Part shown: positions 38,530 to 50,136 of the stretch, piece after piece
How positions within the stretch are numbered: position 1 is the first letter of the stretch
Layout of the letters: the number at the start of each line of letters is the position of its first letter
Assembly: GCA_002269645.1 (NCBI GenBank)
Contig: NIVC01001246.1
Span: forward strand, 62,001-126,000
DNA: 64,000 nucleotides
Direction: 5' to 3'
DNA from: Macrostomum lignano
Taxonomy: Eukaryota
The notes under the pieces: model-generated
What the model saw: the letters and a program-made list of their open reading frames with translations, nothing else
What the model was told of the DNA's origin: nothing
Database searches by the model: none
Position numbers and translations under genes: made by a program

Positions 38530-41235
38530 GACATGACTAATTGGTATAAGCCTATATTTATTTTGGATTTTAATTTTTGGCATTATAAAAATTGTAAAAG
38601 ATATAGCATAAGGAAAGACACATTCTAGGGAAAGTAAAAAAAACATTTAAGGGGGAGGGGCAAAATCAATGGCTTTGAATTTTGGTAAAAAATTATTGGC
38701 CCTCCTTTAATTCTTTAGGTCTACCTAACCTAACCCAATTCCTCATAGAAAAGGCAGCTATCTCTTTTAGAATAAGCTTCAAAAACCAATTAATGTGTAA
38801 ATTGCATTGCTGCAACACTGATATAAAAAAGTAGTTCAAATATACAATACACAAGACAAAAGTATGAAAAGTATAATGCAATACTAATAATAATAGGCCT
38901 TTAAGATAGTAATATTAGTTTGTTTTGCTCTTTTGTCTGCTCCTAGAACCTTGTGTGATTTTATTACTCTACTTTATTACTTTATTTTAAAGATACTTTG
39001 AACTATTATAAAGGCAGACATTTTTGAGAAGTTAATAATATTTTCTCTATTTTTTGTTTTACTAAATATCTAAGACATGCAATACTGTATTTCACTATGA
39101 TGCAATATTGTTTTCTTTCTTAAATCTATGTAATATGTCAATTTAAAAAACATTTAAAATACAATAGACAACTATCTATATTTTTAACCTATTCCAATTA
39201 GGATAGTTGCCTATTTCCCCTTACAAATATCTGCAATTTGTTTGCTTATATGCACTGTTTTGGTATATATATATTTGGTATATATTAGTGGCATGGACTT
39301 TAATTAGTATATATGATATAGATAGATTAAAAAGTGATATTGAAAAAAACATTTTGGTATTTAATATATATGTATTAAATAGAAATGTTTCAATTTCATA
39401 TTCAGATCATCTAATATAACTCATATAATGTTTATAAAGGATTATTAACAATAAATAAAGACCCAAAAAGCAATTGTATCATAAGCTACAAGGCTATATA
39501 TTATATAATTCTTCTCTCTTTTTATTGCACTAAATTATTCCTTTTGTCCTTTTTGTTATTGTATTGGTATTGTTATTCTTTTTTATTTTTATTATTTTAA
39601 GCCCCCATGCCATCCTTTTCTTTTTACCAAATTATACAATGTTGCCAAATTGTTCTATTTGAAAAATATGGCAATTGGCCAATTGTTAAAATTGCATATT
39701 TTATACTAGCCATATGCTATTAGCTTAATCTTTCTTTTTTTGTTTTAGCATATTTAAAGTATGATTGACAATATAAAATATTAATTCAGCCTATTAGTCA
39801 AGACTTAAAATGCCTACTAAGGCTAAGTGCCATTTAAATTATATATTTTTTGTTTACCCATGACTTAGGCTTGCTTTATTATCAACTAGTAAGCCTATTG
39901 TCAGTCTTAACTCATTATGTCAAGCCAAATGGTTTAGTCTAACTTAGTATCATATTAGGAATGCAATGCTGCTTAATTAGAATATAAAAAGGAAAAACAA
40001 CAAAAATAGATCATTTGAAAATAGTTTCCATTTTCCACAATCATCATCAAGCAGAATAAATATATTTTAAACAAGTATTTAAATAAGCAAAGCAAGGAAA
40101 ATAAGCTTGGTAACAGGTTGTACATTCTAAAAAATATTATTGAATTTGAAAAGAAAGGTAAAAGCAAGTGTAAGTGACAAAGATTAGTGTTAAAAGTACA
40201 TATGGTATGCAAAGTACAGTCCTATCTGTCCTATTGAATCAGACAACCATTAGTATCATAGGCCTCCTTATACAGTATAGTCTTGCTTAATTATAAGTTC
40301 ACATTATATTCATCAATTAATAATAATAATAATAACTTAGGTACAGGCCATAGGCTTCCCTATTGGAATATAATTTTAGATCCTGCAAATGTGTGGCACA
40401 GGTTTATAAACATTATTCTTAGGCATTGAAAATTTAATATATGAATATAAAAATGTTACAGTAGTGTTGCAAGGCACCAAAATTTAACAACTTTGTATGG
40501 TAGACAGTCATATTATATGTGCAGTTATTCCAATAAGGATAGGCTCCTGCCCTTTACCTAAAATTACATTAACTTTTGCTTATTTCTTTGTGCTTTGTTT
40601 CTTTTATAGGTAAGGCATATTTTTGTAAAAAAAAGTAAGTCACATTGCTAGTATAAATCAGGGGGTGTGTATGTTGTATATATGTAATATCAGATAATAA
40701 CTTATAATTAGAATTTCAGGGTTCAAATTTGATCTCATCTAACTTATATTGAGCACACAAGAAAAATTCAAACTGAGGAGGTTGAAGTACTTGTGTTAGG
40801 AACCTATATCTATTATAAAATTTTTGCCATAACCAAAATTTCTAATATTCATATCTATAGCTATATCTAATTTCCATATCTATATGGTTTCTTAATTTCC
40901 TATAATTTATAAGTTTTATAGATGTTAAATCTAATTAGCAACTAATCTTTCATTGTTCACTATAATATAATGTTTAAGTAAAGAAAGTTAAAATTAGCTT
41001 AACTTATAATTTACTATTTGGTATCATTTATTTATTCTACAAAAAATAACTAGGTCTATAATTCATCCTAACCTTTATATATTGTCAGCTTGTTTTTATC
41101 AATCTATCAAAATATTTCTATATAAGGAACTTTTTTTCCAGTTGTTGAAATATCCAGCAGTTACTAAGGCATCAAGTGGAAGCAGTTTGGCTTACAACTG
41201 GATACTTTCATCTATCCACCACTATTCAGGCCATT

Positions 41236-43063
41236 ATGCAGCTGCTTCAGCTGCCATGGCATGATGTACTTTTTGAACACATTTTATCCTGTCTTGATTT
41301 GCAGGACCTGCTTAACCTAAGAAAAGTTTCTTTTTTGGCAAGGTAAGATAGAGATGTGAATTTTTAATGCTATAAGTTTGTAAAATAATTTCTAAGTGAA
41401 GTCTAAGACTTGCTAGATAATTAGAAAGGTAGCCTTCCAATCTATGTTATAACTTATGTAGGTAGATAATTGATGTGATGTTTAATTGATGTTTATTCAC
41501 TGAAGTCAATGAGAAACTTTGCATAGGCTCAAAGGGGAGTTTCTGAGATGCCAATGTTTGAAAGGGAAGTTTCTGAGATGCCAAGGCTAAAAAAATAGTT
41601 GCTGAGAAGATGCCAAGTCTTAAAAGAGGAGTTGCTGAGATGCCAATGCTCAAAGAGGGGAGTTGCTGAGATGCCAAGGCTAAAAAATAGTTGCTGAGAT
41701 GCCAAGTCTTAAAAGGGGAGTTGCTGAGATGTCATGACTTAATGGGGATTTGCTGAGATGCCATGGCTCAATGTGGAGTTGCTGAGATGCCAAGGATCAA
41801 TGGGGAGTTGCCAAGATGCCTAGGCTCAAATAAGGAGTTGCTGAGATACCAAGGCTTAAAAGGGGAGTTGCTGAGATGCGAAGGCTCAATGGAGGGTTGC
41901 TGAGATGCTTAAGCTCAAGGGGGGGGGGTTCTGAGATGCAAAGACCCAAAGGGGGGTTACTGAGATGCCATGGCTCAGTGCTCAATGGAGAGTTGCTTGA
42001 ATGGCATGGCTCAAATCGAGATTGCTGAGATTCTAAGGCTCAATGGGGAGTTGCTGAGATGTCATAGGCGATGTCTGTTAACTGAATCTCGCTTATGTAA
42101 TATCCGTTACAGTAATAATGGTTTTTCTGTAGCGTTTCAGCACTGCCAAGTAAGGACTAACAAGGCACAATGTGAGCAGTGTCTATCCTGTGTGAGATTG
42201 GCCTTCGGAATCAGCATAATGCTTCCTAAGGAATAAAAAACTACTATTGTTATTCTTTTCGGCTGGCTAATATTCTTTTTTTTCACCTTGCAAATCTTTG
42301 CAGGCAATTAGTAGACGATTATTGCGCCTGCTCAATGCGTTCGCTAGACGCTCGTGTAGCCTTTGATAACTCCGGCTACCGATTGGATAGTTGCGCATTT
42401 CGCGTATTGGCTAACAGATGCTGCAGTCTGCGCTTGCTCAGGTTTCACTCTCAGCATAGTTGGCTTGTCGACCAACTGCTAGTTCCAGTCATTCACTCCA
42501 ATGTACACCTGCAAGCTGTCTACTTAGATCAGGCTCATTGGCTAACAGACTCTTCCGTGCAGGCGCTGGCCTCAGCTTGTCCTCAGTTGACCCATCTATC
42601 ACTGCGCGATTGTCACTGGCTGTCAAGTTCAGGTTTAGAAATTATTGGCTCAGCTTGGCCAGACTTATCTACCTTAGATTTGACCTGCTGTTGGCAGATT
42701 GACGACCCGGGATTGTCCGCGTTGCTAACCGGTTGTCAACGCCTCGAACAGCTTAGCGTTGCTAAGTGCTACGGTTTAACAGACGAGTCGCTGTTGAATC
42801 TGCGCAGCAACAAGTGTCTAATGGAGCTGGACATGACGGGTTGCTGGCGCATCACCGATAGTTTGCTTGAACAATTGACCGAGTTCTGTCGCTCATTGAA
42901 ACAACTAAAAATTCGCGAGTGCTCAAGAGTGAGTCTGGCTGCAATTGATCGGCTACAGAAGAAACGGATTGTCACTGATTTGAAACCGCCGGCAGCTTAT
43001 CGCCTGTTTGCCGCTGTTGATCATAATGGCTACCCTATGCCGCAGTTGAATGTGCAGATTTGA
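41236..43063 (+). CDS. FBXL15: F-box/LRR-repeat protein 15, ~288 aa
   Basis: Exon 41236-41342 encodes an F-box (MQLLQLPWHDVLFEHILSCLDLQDLLNLRKVS). Exon 42304-43063 encodes LRRs (WLVDQLLVPVI, CPQLTHLSL, LDMTGCWRI) and ends PQLNVQI, like FBXL15. Confidence 0.85.
41525..42062 (+). repeat. ~28-30-bp minisatellite (ggggagttgctgagatgccaaggctcaa)n in the FBXL15 intron
   Basis: About 18 diverged copies, direct reading. Confidence 0.9.
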
Positions 43064-43976
43064 TTTGAGTTAAACATGACATTACATCATGACACATGAC
43101 ATCATGTGAATACTTACAAGCATACTTACATAGACTTCACTAGAAATATGAAACTTGCGCTTGTGATTTCGTTTAAGATGGGTATTGCTTTGATTAGTCG
43201 AAATGAGAATTAACCGCGCTATAACAGGGTGCAAACATTAGTTGTCTGTTTAAGCATGAACATTTATTCACAGATGCTAAAATAACTAGATGGGCCACTC
43301 ATGCATATATACTTAGTAAACAGCTTTCTACTTCCAGTTCAGTAGCAAAGAAGAATGCATAAGCTATTTTATAAAAAAGGCAGCTGAAATGACTTTGATA
43401 AGTTTAGAAGCCCAAGCTTGCAGGCGTAAACAGCTTGCTAATTGGTCCAGCAATAATGTACATTAGCCAGTCCACGGAGATGTACATGGCAGATTTAGGC
43501 TGGAATTTCAAGAAAGGCAGTAAAAATTTTGGCGGGGCGGTTATATGAGCCTTAGCTTTAAAAATACATTACAATGCTTCAGTTAAACTTACTACTAAAG
43601 TGAAAGTAGCTTAGATGCAAATGTGCTGAGTGGCCCATCTAGTTATTCTGGTATCCGTGAATTTATTCTACATATATTCATAAAATTTTAGTTATAATAG
43701 TTATTGAATTATTATTGTGAAAGCTTGCGTTATGACACATCAACTTAAATTTTGACATCCTTTATTTGGACCCCAAGGATGCCAAGTGGGCACACTGATT
43801 CTGATGCTTTAGAAGACGCAGATTTTATAAAATATACTGGATTGTTTTACATGTACCGGTATAGTGTGTATCACATATACACCAATGTTATTTTTGAATT
43901 GAGTTTCTTTGCTTCATTTTGAGTATCAAACAATTAGATAAAAGTTTTACCAATAAAATTGATACATACTACTAAA

Positions 43977-44962
43977 CTCCCCCCCACTCAAATACTCTAC
44001 CACTATAATCGCCCCTACTCAGATAATCTGCCACTAGCATAACCCCCCCTACTCAGATAATCTACCACTAGCATAACCCCCCCCCTACTCAGATAATCTA
44101 CCACTAGCATCACCCCCCTACTCAGATAATCTACCACTAGCATAACCCCCCCCCTACTCAGATAATCTACCACTAGAATCGCCCCTACTCAGATAATCTG
44201 CCACTAGCATAACCCCCCCCCCTACTCAGATAATCTACCACTAGCATCACCCCCCTACTCAGATAATCTGCCACTAGCATCACCCCCCCTACTCAGATAA
44301 TCTACCACTAGCATCACCCCCTACTCAGATAATCTACCACTAGCATAACCCCCCCCCTACTCAGATAATCTACCACTAGCATCACCCCCCCCTACTCAGA
44401 TAATTTACCACTAGCATCACCCCCCCCCTACTCAGATAATCTACCACTAGCATAACCCCCCCCCTACTCAGATAATCTACCACTAGCATAACCCCCCCCC
44501 CCTACTCAGATAATCTACCACTAGCATCACCCCCCCCCTACTCAGATAATTTACCACTAGCATCACCCCCCCTACTCAGATAATCAACCACTAGCATCAC
44601 CCCCCCCTACTCAGATAATCTACTACTAGCATCACCCCCCCCCCTACTCAGATAATCAACCACTAGCATCACCCCCCCCTACTCAGATAATCTACCACTA
44701 GCATCACCCCCCCCTACTCAGATAATCTACCACTAGCATCACCCCCCCCCTACTCAGATAATCTACCACTAGCATCATCCCCCCCTACTCAGATAATCTA
44801 CCACTAGCATCACCCCCCCCCTACTCAGATAATCTACCACTAGCATCACCCCCCCCCTACTCAGATAATCGACCACTAGCATCACCCCCCCCCTACTCAG
44901 ATAATCTACCACTAGCATCACCCCCCCCCCCCTACTCAGATAATCGACCACTAGAATCGCCC
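43977..44962 (+). repeat. ~33-40-bp minisatellite (ctactcagataatctaccactagcatca-C-run)n upstream of SAP18
   Basis: About 27 copies with variable C-run length. Confidence 0.95.
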
Positions 44963-45049
44963 ATTATGATACTATCTGTTTTTATTCATAAAAAAAGTAT
45001 AGTTTGCATCATTAAACATTTCTGCTAAGCTTTGCTTACCTAGTCTAAC

Positions 45050-46479
45050 ATGAGACGCAGGGATCGTTCGCGTTCGCCAGTAGTGTCTCTGTCTCGCAGG
45101 GGCCGTAGGTCCCGCAGCCCGCCGCCTCTCCCTCGCAATCGAGATCGGGACCGGCCTCGAGATCGGCAACCTCGCGGCGTCGACCAGAAGCCTCTGGTGG
45201 AGAGCAACACGCAGGCCATCGATCGTGAGAAGACTTGTCCGCTGCTGCTGCGAGTGTTCTGCTCCATTAAGCGGCATCATTCACTGACTGAGTTCACCCA
45301 GGGTCGAACTCCATCTAATGAACTGCAGATTTATACTTGGATGGATGCTACGCTGAAGGAGCTGTCGCAGCTTGTGCAGGAGGTATGTTTTGTTTTTTAG
45401 TTGTTCATTTTTGTTTACATTAAAATGAAACGAGTTTATTGTGGATATTGGCGATTTTTTTACCAAAGGGCGATTTATATTGGAGATTTTTTGAGAATAA
45501 GGCGATTCATATTGTTTATTATCTGACCTCAAGGAGCGATTTATATTGGCAATTATCTGACCACAAGGGGCGATTATCTGAGCATAGGGGCCGATTTTTA
45601 TTGGCGGTTATCTGAGAATAGAGGGCGATTATCTGAGCATGAAGAGAGATTATCTGAGCATGGGGGTGATTATCTGAGCATGGGGGCGATTATCTGAGCA
45701 TGGAGGGCGATTATCTAAGCATGGAGGGCGATTATCTGAGCATGGAGGGCGATTATCTGAGCATGGAGGGCGATTATCTGAGCATGGGGGGCGATTATCT
45801 GAGCATGGAGGGCGATTATCTGAGCATGGGGGGCGATTATCTGAGCATGGGGGACGATTATCTGAGCATGGGGGACGATTATCTGAGCATGGGGGGCGAT
45901 TATCTGAGCATGGAGGGCGATTATCTAAGCATGGAGGGCGATTATCTGAGCATGGGGGGCGATTATCTGAGCATGGGGGCGATTATCTGAGCATGGGGGG
46001 GCTATCTGAGCATTGGGGCAATTATCTGAGCATGGGGCGATTTGTATTGGGTATTATGTGAGCATAAAGAGTGATTTATATTGGCAATTTTTCAGCATAG
46101 GGCGATTTATATTGGCAACTGTATCTGTAAAGCAAAACGTTCTGTCCACCCAAATTCCTCTTCATAGGTGAACCCGGACTCCCGAGCCAAGGGCACCTAT
46201 TTTGACTTTGCCGTAGTCTATCCCGACCTTCAAACGACCCGCTACAAATCGCGCGACATCGGCACCGTGCGCAACGGCACCCGCGGCATGGACGACAATG
46301 TCACTCTGAAGGATCGGCGATTTCGTATCGGCGATTATTTGGACATTTCTATCTTTCCTGACGAGCGGACCGGCGGGGATCGGGATCGGGACCGGGATCG
46401 GGACCGGGATCGGGACCGGGACGCAGGTCGGCATCGACGGGACGACAGTCGCGATCGGGGCGGCGGCCGAAGGCGTTGA
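45050..46479 (+). CDS. SAP18: Histone deacetylase complex / ASAP complex subunit SAP18, ~214 aa, with RS/RD-rich termini
   Basis: Exons 45050-45382 and 46168-46479 (phase 0). Motifs IDREKTCPLLLRVF, ELQIYTWMDATLKEL and RFRIGDYLDISI. Confidence 0.95.
45500..46120 (+). repeat. 21-bp minisatellite (gggcgattatctgagcatgga)n with longer degenerate flanking units, SAP18 intron
   Basis: Direct reading; inverted relative of the 43977-44962 array. Confidence 0.95.
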
Positions 46480-46639
46480 TCTGGGTTGCTGGGTTATTGT
46501 TTTTTATTGTAGGCAGCCTCGTCAATATAAATATTATTATTATTGTGTATTATAGTGGTCACTGTGCGTAATTATGGTTGACATTGAAACCCCTCGACCG
46601 GACGTTAAGCGAAGAGTCTAAACTCAAAACCTGAAAATT

Positions 46640-47330
46640 AAGATTATAATCCCAACCGGAAACTGATAATTGGGATTAGAATACAATGAAATCCTAACCG
46701 GAAGCTGACAATTGGGGTTAGAATACAAATAAAATCACAACCGGAAGCTGACAATTGGGATTAGAATACAAATAAAATCACAAACGGAAGCTGGCAATTG
46801 GGATTAGAATACAAATAAAATCACAAACGGAAGCTGACAATTGGGATTAGAATACAAATAAAATCACAAACGGAAGCTGGCAATTGGGATTAGAATACAA
46901 ATAAAATCACAACCGGAAGCTGACAATTGGGGTTACTATACAAATAAAATCACAACCGGAAGCTGACAATTGGGATTAGAATACAAATAAAATCCCAACC
47001 GGAAGCTGACAATTGGGGTTACTATACAAATAAAATCACAACCGGAAGCTGACAATTGGGATTAGAATACAAATAAAATCCCAACCGGAAGCTGACAATT
47101 GGGATTAGAATACAAATAAAATCACAACCGGAAGCTGACAATTGGGGTTACTATACAAATAAAATCACAACCGGAAGCTGACGATAGGGATTAAAATAAA
47201 AATGAAATCCCAACCGGAAGCTGACAATTGGGATTAGAATACAAATAAAATCACAACCGGAAGCTGACAATTGGGATTAGAATACAATGATATCCCAACG
47301 GGAAGGGGACAACAGGGATTAAAATGAGAG
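46640..47330 (+). repeat. 43-bp minisatellite (accggaagctgacaattgggattagaatacaaataaaatcaca)n
   Basis: About 15 copies between the SAP18 stop and the POLR1A start. Confidence 0.95.
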
Positions 47331-47735
47331 GAAGTACCAGCCGGGACTGAGAAGTGGGGTTATAGTAAGATCGAATTCCAATGAGAAGTTGACAGATGTC
47401 TATCTACTTCGGAAGTTCCATTAGAATCGTATGCGCACTCAACCACCGACTCTTCACTTGTGTTGTTAATGTACTTTTGTATGCTTAAATAATAATAACT
47501 AATCTGTCAACTAAGAATGACACGGCTTTACAGCATAGGATGCTATTAAGAGTACAATAAATGCCTTTGCTGGGCCCGTGCTTAAGCGCATTTTTTATAG
47601 TAGGACTTTTAAAGTACATTTATTTGGCATTCGTTTGAATTAATTAAGCTACTGTTTGTTAAGCATATTGATGACTGTTAGACTGATTCAAATGCTTAAG
47701 AAATATTAGGGGTTTGTTAAGGAAATTAACTAGAT

Positions 47736-50019
47736 ATGCTACCGATAGTAAGTCGAATTCTTATGTAATTGAAAATTATTTCAATATAAAAATTTGATGG
47801 CAATTAAAATATATCTTCAATACTGGTGTCGCTTTTTAGTAACTACTACTAAGTAACTAGTGTGGGCCTTGGTTTTCTTTATTTGTCTGTTACCAGCAAA
47901 ATAGCTGCAGTAAATATCTACAGGGCTTTTGTGTTAGTCATCGGGATTCAGCAAAGAGCAAGCAGACATACCCATAACCCTGACTCATCGTGTGGGTACA
48001 CTCCAACTACTCTTTGTCTTGAAAAGTGGGCTCTAATAGGTGCGAATCGCTCATTTATTCCTTTCACAAGCTTCAAATTAAAAACTTTCTACTATCAATA
48101 GAGTATAGGTTGTAGCCTATAGTGGTTAGAGCGTCGGACTCACAGACTTTAAAGTCGGGGGTTCGATTCCCGATCCCATTCGGAACAATTTGTGTCCTTG
48201 AGCAAGACACTTGATTCTCTGCATTGCTTCAGTTCAATCGGCTGTAAAATGGGTGCCGGTGTGTGTGGCGACCCCCCCCCCCAGTTCTTGGACTGAACAG
48301 CCGTACGCAGCCTTTAGATGAGCTGTCGGTTGCACATCTGCCTATTAGGGCAGGTGCAATCAATATTATTATTAATTTGTTATTATATCAAAAGCGCACA
48401 CATTCAGTAGTATGTATCCAATGGCCAACAATTTCAGGCTGCAACAGCCCTCGGCCTGGGGCTGGAGCGGCCCTCGCGGGTTCGGCAAACAGCCGCTCTA
48501 GTTGACGTCACCGGAGTGAGCTTTCAATGCTACAGTACGGAGGAAATTCGTCGACTGTCAGTGAAAGAGATTAACCGTGTGGAGACATTTGACAGATTGA
48601 CAGGCTACAGGCTGGACTTTGGTCTGTACGATCCCGATCTGGGTCCGCTGGACGAGCGGGACGTGTGCAGAAAATGCAGTTTAGGCTACTGGCAGTGCGG
48701 CGGCCATTTTGGCCATATTGAACTGTTCAGCCCAGTACTGCATCCGATGTTCTTCGATCTGGTGTTCAAACTAATCAGAGCCAAGTGCTTCTATTGTCAC
48801 AGATTTGCTGTTAAATTAGATTTTAGACGATTGGTTCGACTGCAGTTCTTGGCGTTAGGCCTGTCTGATGAGAGCAACCCGCTGCTGTTGGCTGATCAGC
48901 TGGCCTCTATCTATGCTGCTCATCACAGTGTCAGGTGCGTAGATTTGTTATTTTATTATTTAATCTCTATCCGATGCAAAAATAAGACTTTCTAAGAAAC
49001 ACGTCTATCCGCTACAAAAATAAGGCTTTCTAAGAAACACGTCTATCCGCTACAAAAATAAGGCTTTCTAAGAAACACGTTTATCTGCTACAAAAATAAG
49101 ACTTTCTAAGAAACGCCTCTATCCATTACAAAAATTAGACTTTCTAAGAAACGCCTCTATCCATTACAAAAATTATACTTTCTAAGAAACGCCTCTATCC
49201 ATTACAAAAATTATACATTCTAATAAAAGCCTCTATCCGTTACAAAATAAGATTTTCTAAGAAATGCCCCTATCCGTTACAAAAATAAAGAATTTCTAAG
49301 AAACGCCTCCGTTACAAAAAATAAGACTTTCTAAGAAACGCCTCTATCCGTTGCAAAAATAAGACTTTCTAAGAAACGCCTCTATCCGTTACAAAAATAA
49401 GATTTTCTAAGAAATGTCCCTATCCGTTACAAAAATAAAGAATTTCTAAGAAACGCCTCCGTTACAAAAAATAATACTTTCTAAGAAACACCTATCCGTT
49501 GCAAAAATAAGACTTTCTAAGAAACGCCCGTACCCATTCAATTATCAATTATGTTTCTAAGAAACATGTCTGTTTTGAAACAATCCTTTCTAGGAAACGC
49601 CCGTACCCATTTCATTGCCAATTATGCTTCTAAAAAACGCCTTTTCTAAGGAAATAACCCTATTTTTTTAATAAACAAACTGTTTATAGAAATTATCTAT
49701 CCCTATTCCGTATTTTCTTTTAAAAATAAATTGATTAATTTTGTTTAGCTTCATGGCCATAAATCCCATTCGAAGTTTTTCTTTCGATAAAAAATTGCCG
49801 TTTATTCTTTCAGAGAAGCCAGCGCCGGTCGAAAGGCACAAAACGATGGCGAAGAGTTTACTGGCGATATTGACGAGGAGCTGGTGAAGGAGGCTGAGTC
49901 GGGTGCCAGATCTACAGACACCGGCTGTCTGGACCGGCTGCAGGTGGGTCGGGCAAACACTGAGACACTTAGACAGATACTACGAGTAAGACAGACAGGC
50001 AGACACTCAGACAGATACA

Positions 50020-50052
<33 letters not shown>

Positions 50053-50090
50053 CAGACAGAAAGGCAGGCAGGCGGACAGACAGACAGACT

Positions 50091-50136
<46 letters not shown>

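Noticed and set aside
37200-41200. snoRNA host gene in the AT-rich leader region
   Set aside because: No paired RTGATGA/CTGA boxes found by eye; H/ACA RNAs cannot be judged without a covariance search.
45700-45990. ORF (MEGDYLS)n and similar ORFs at 49802-50399, 51034-51624, 53466-53760, 55356-56448
   Set aside because: Read-through of intronic minisatellites inside well-supported introns.
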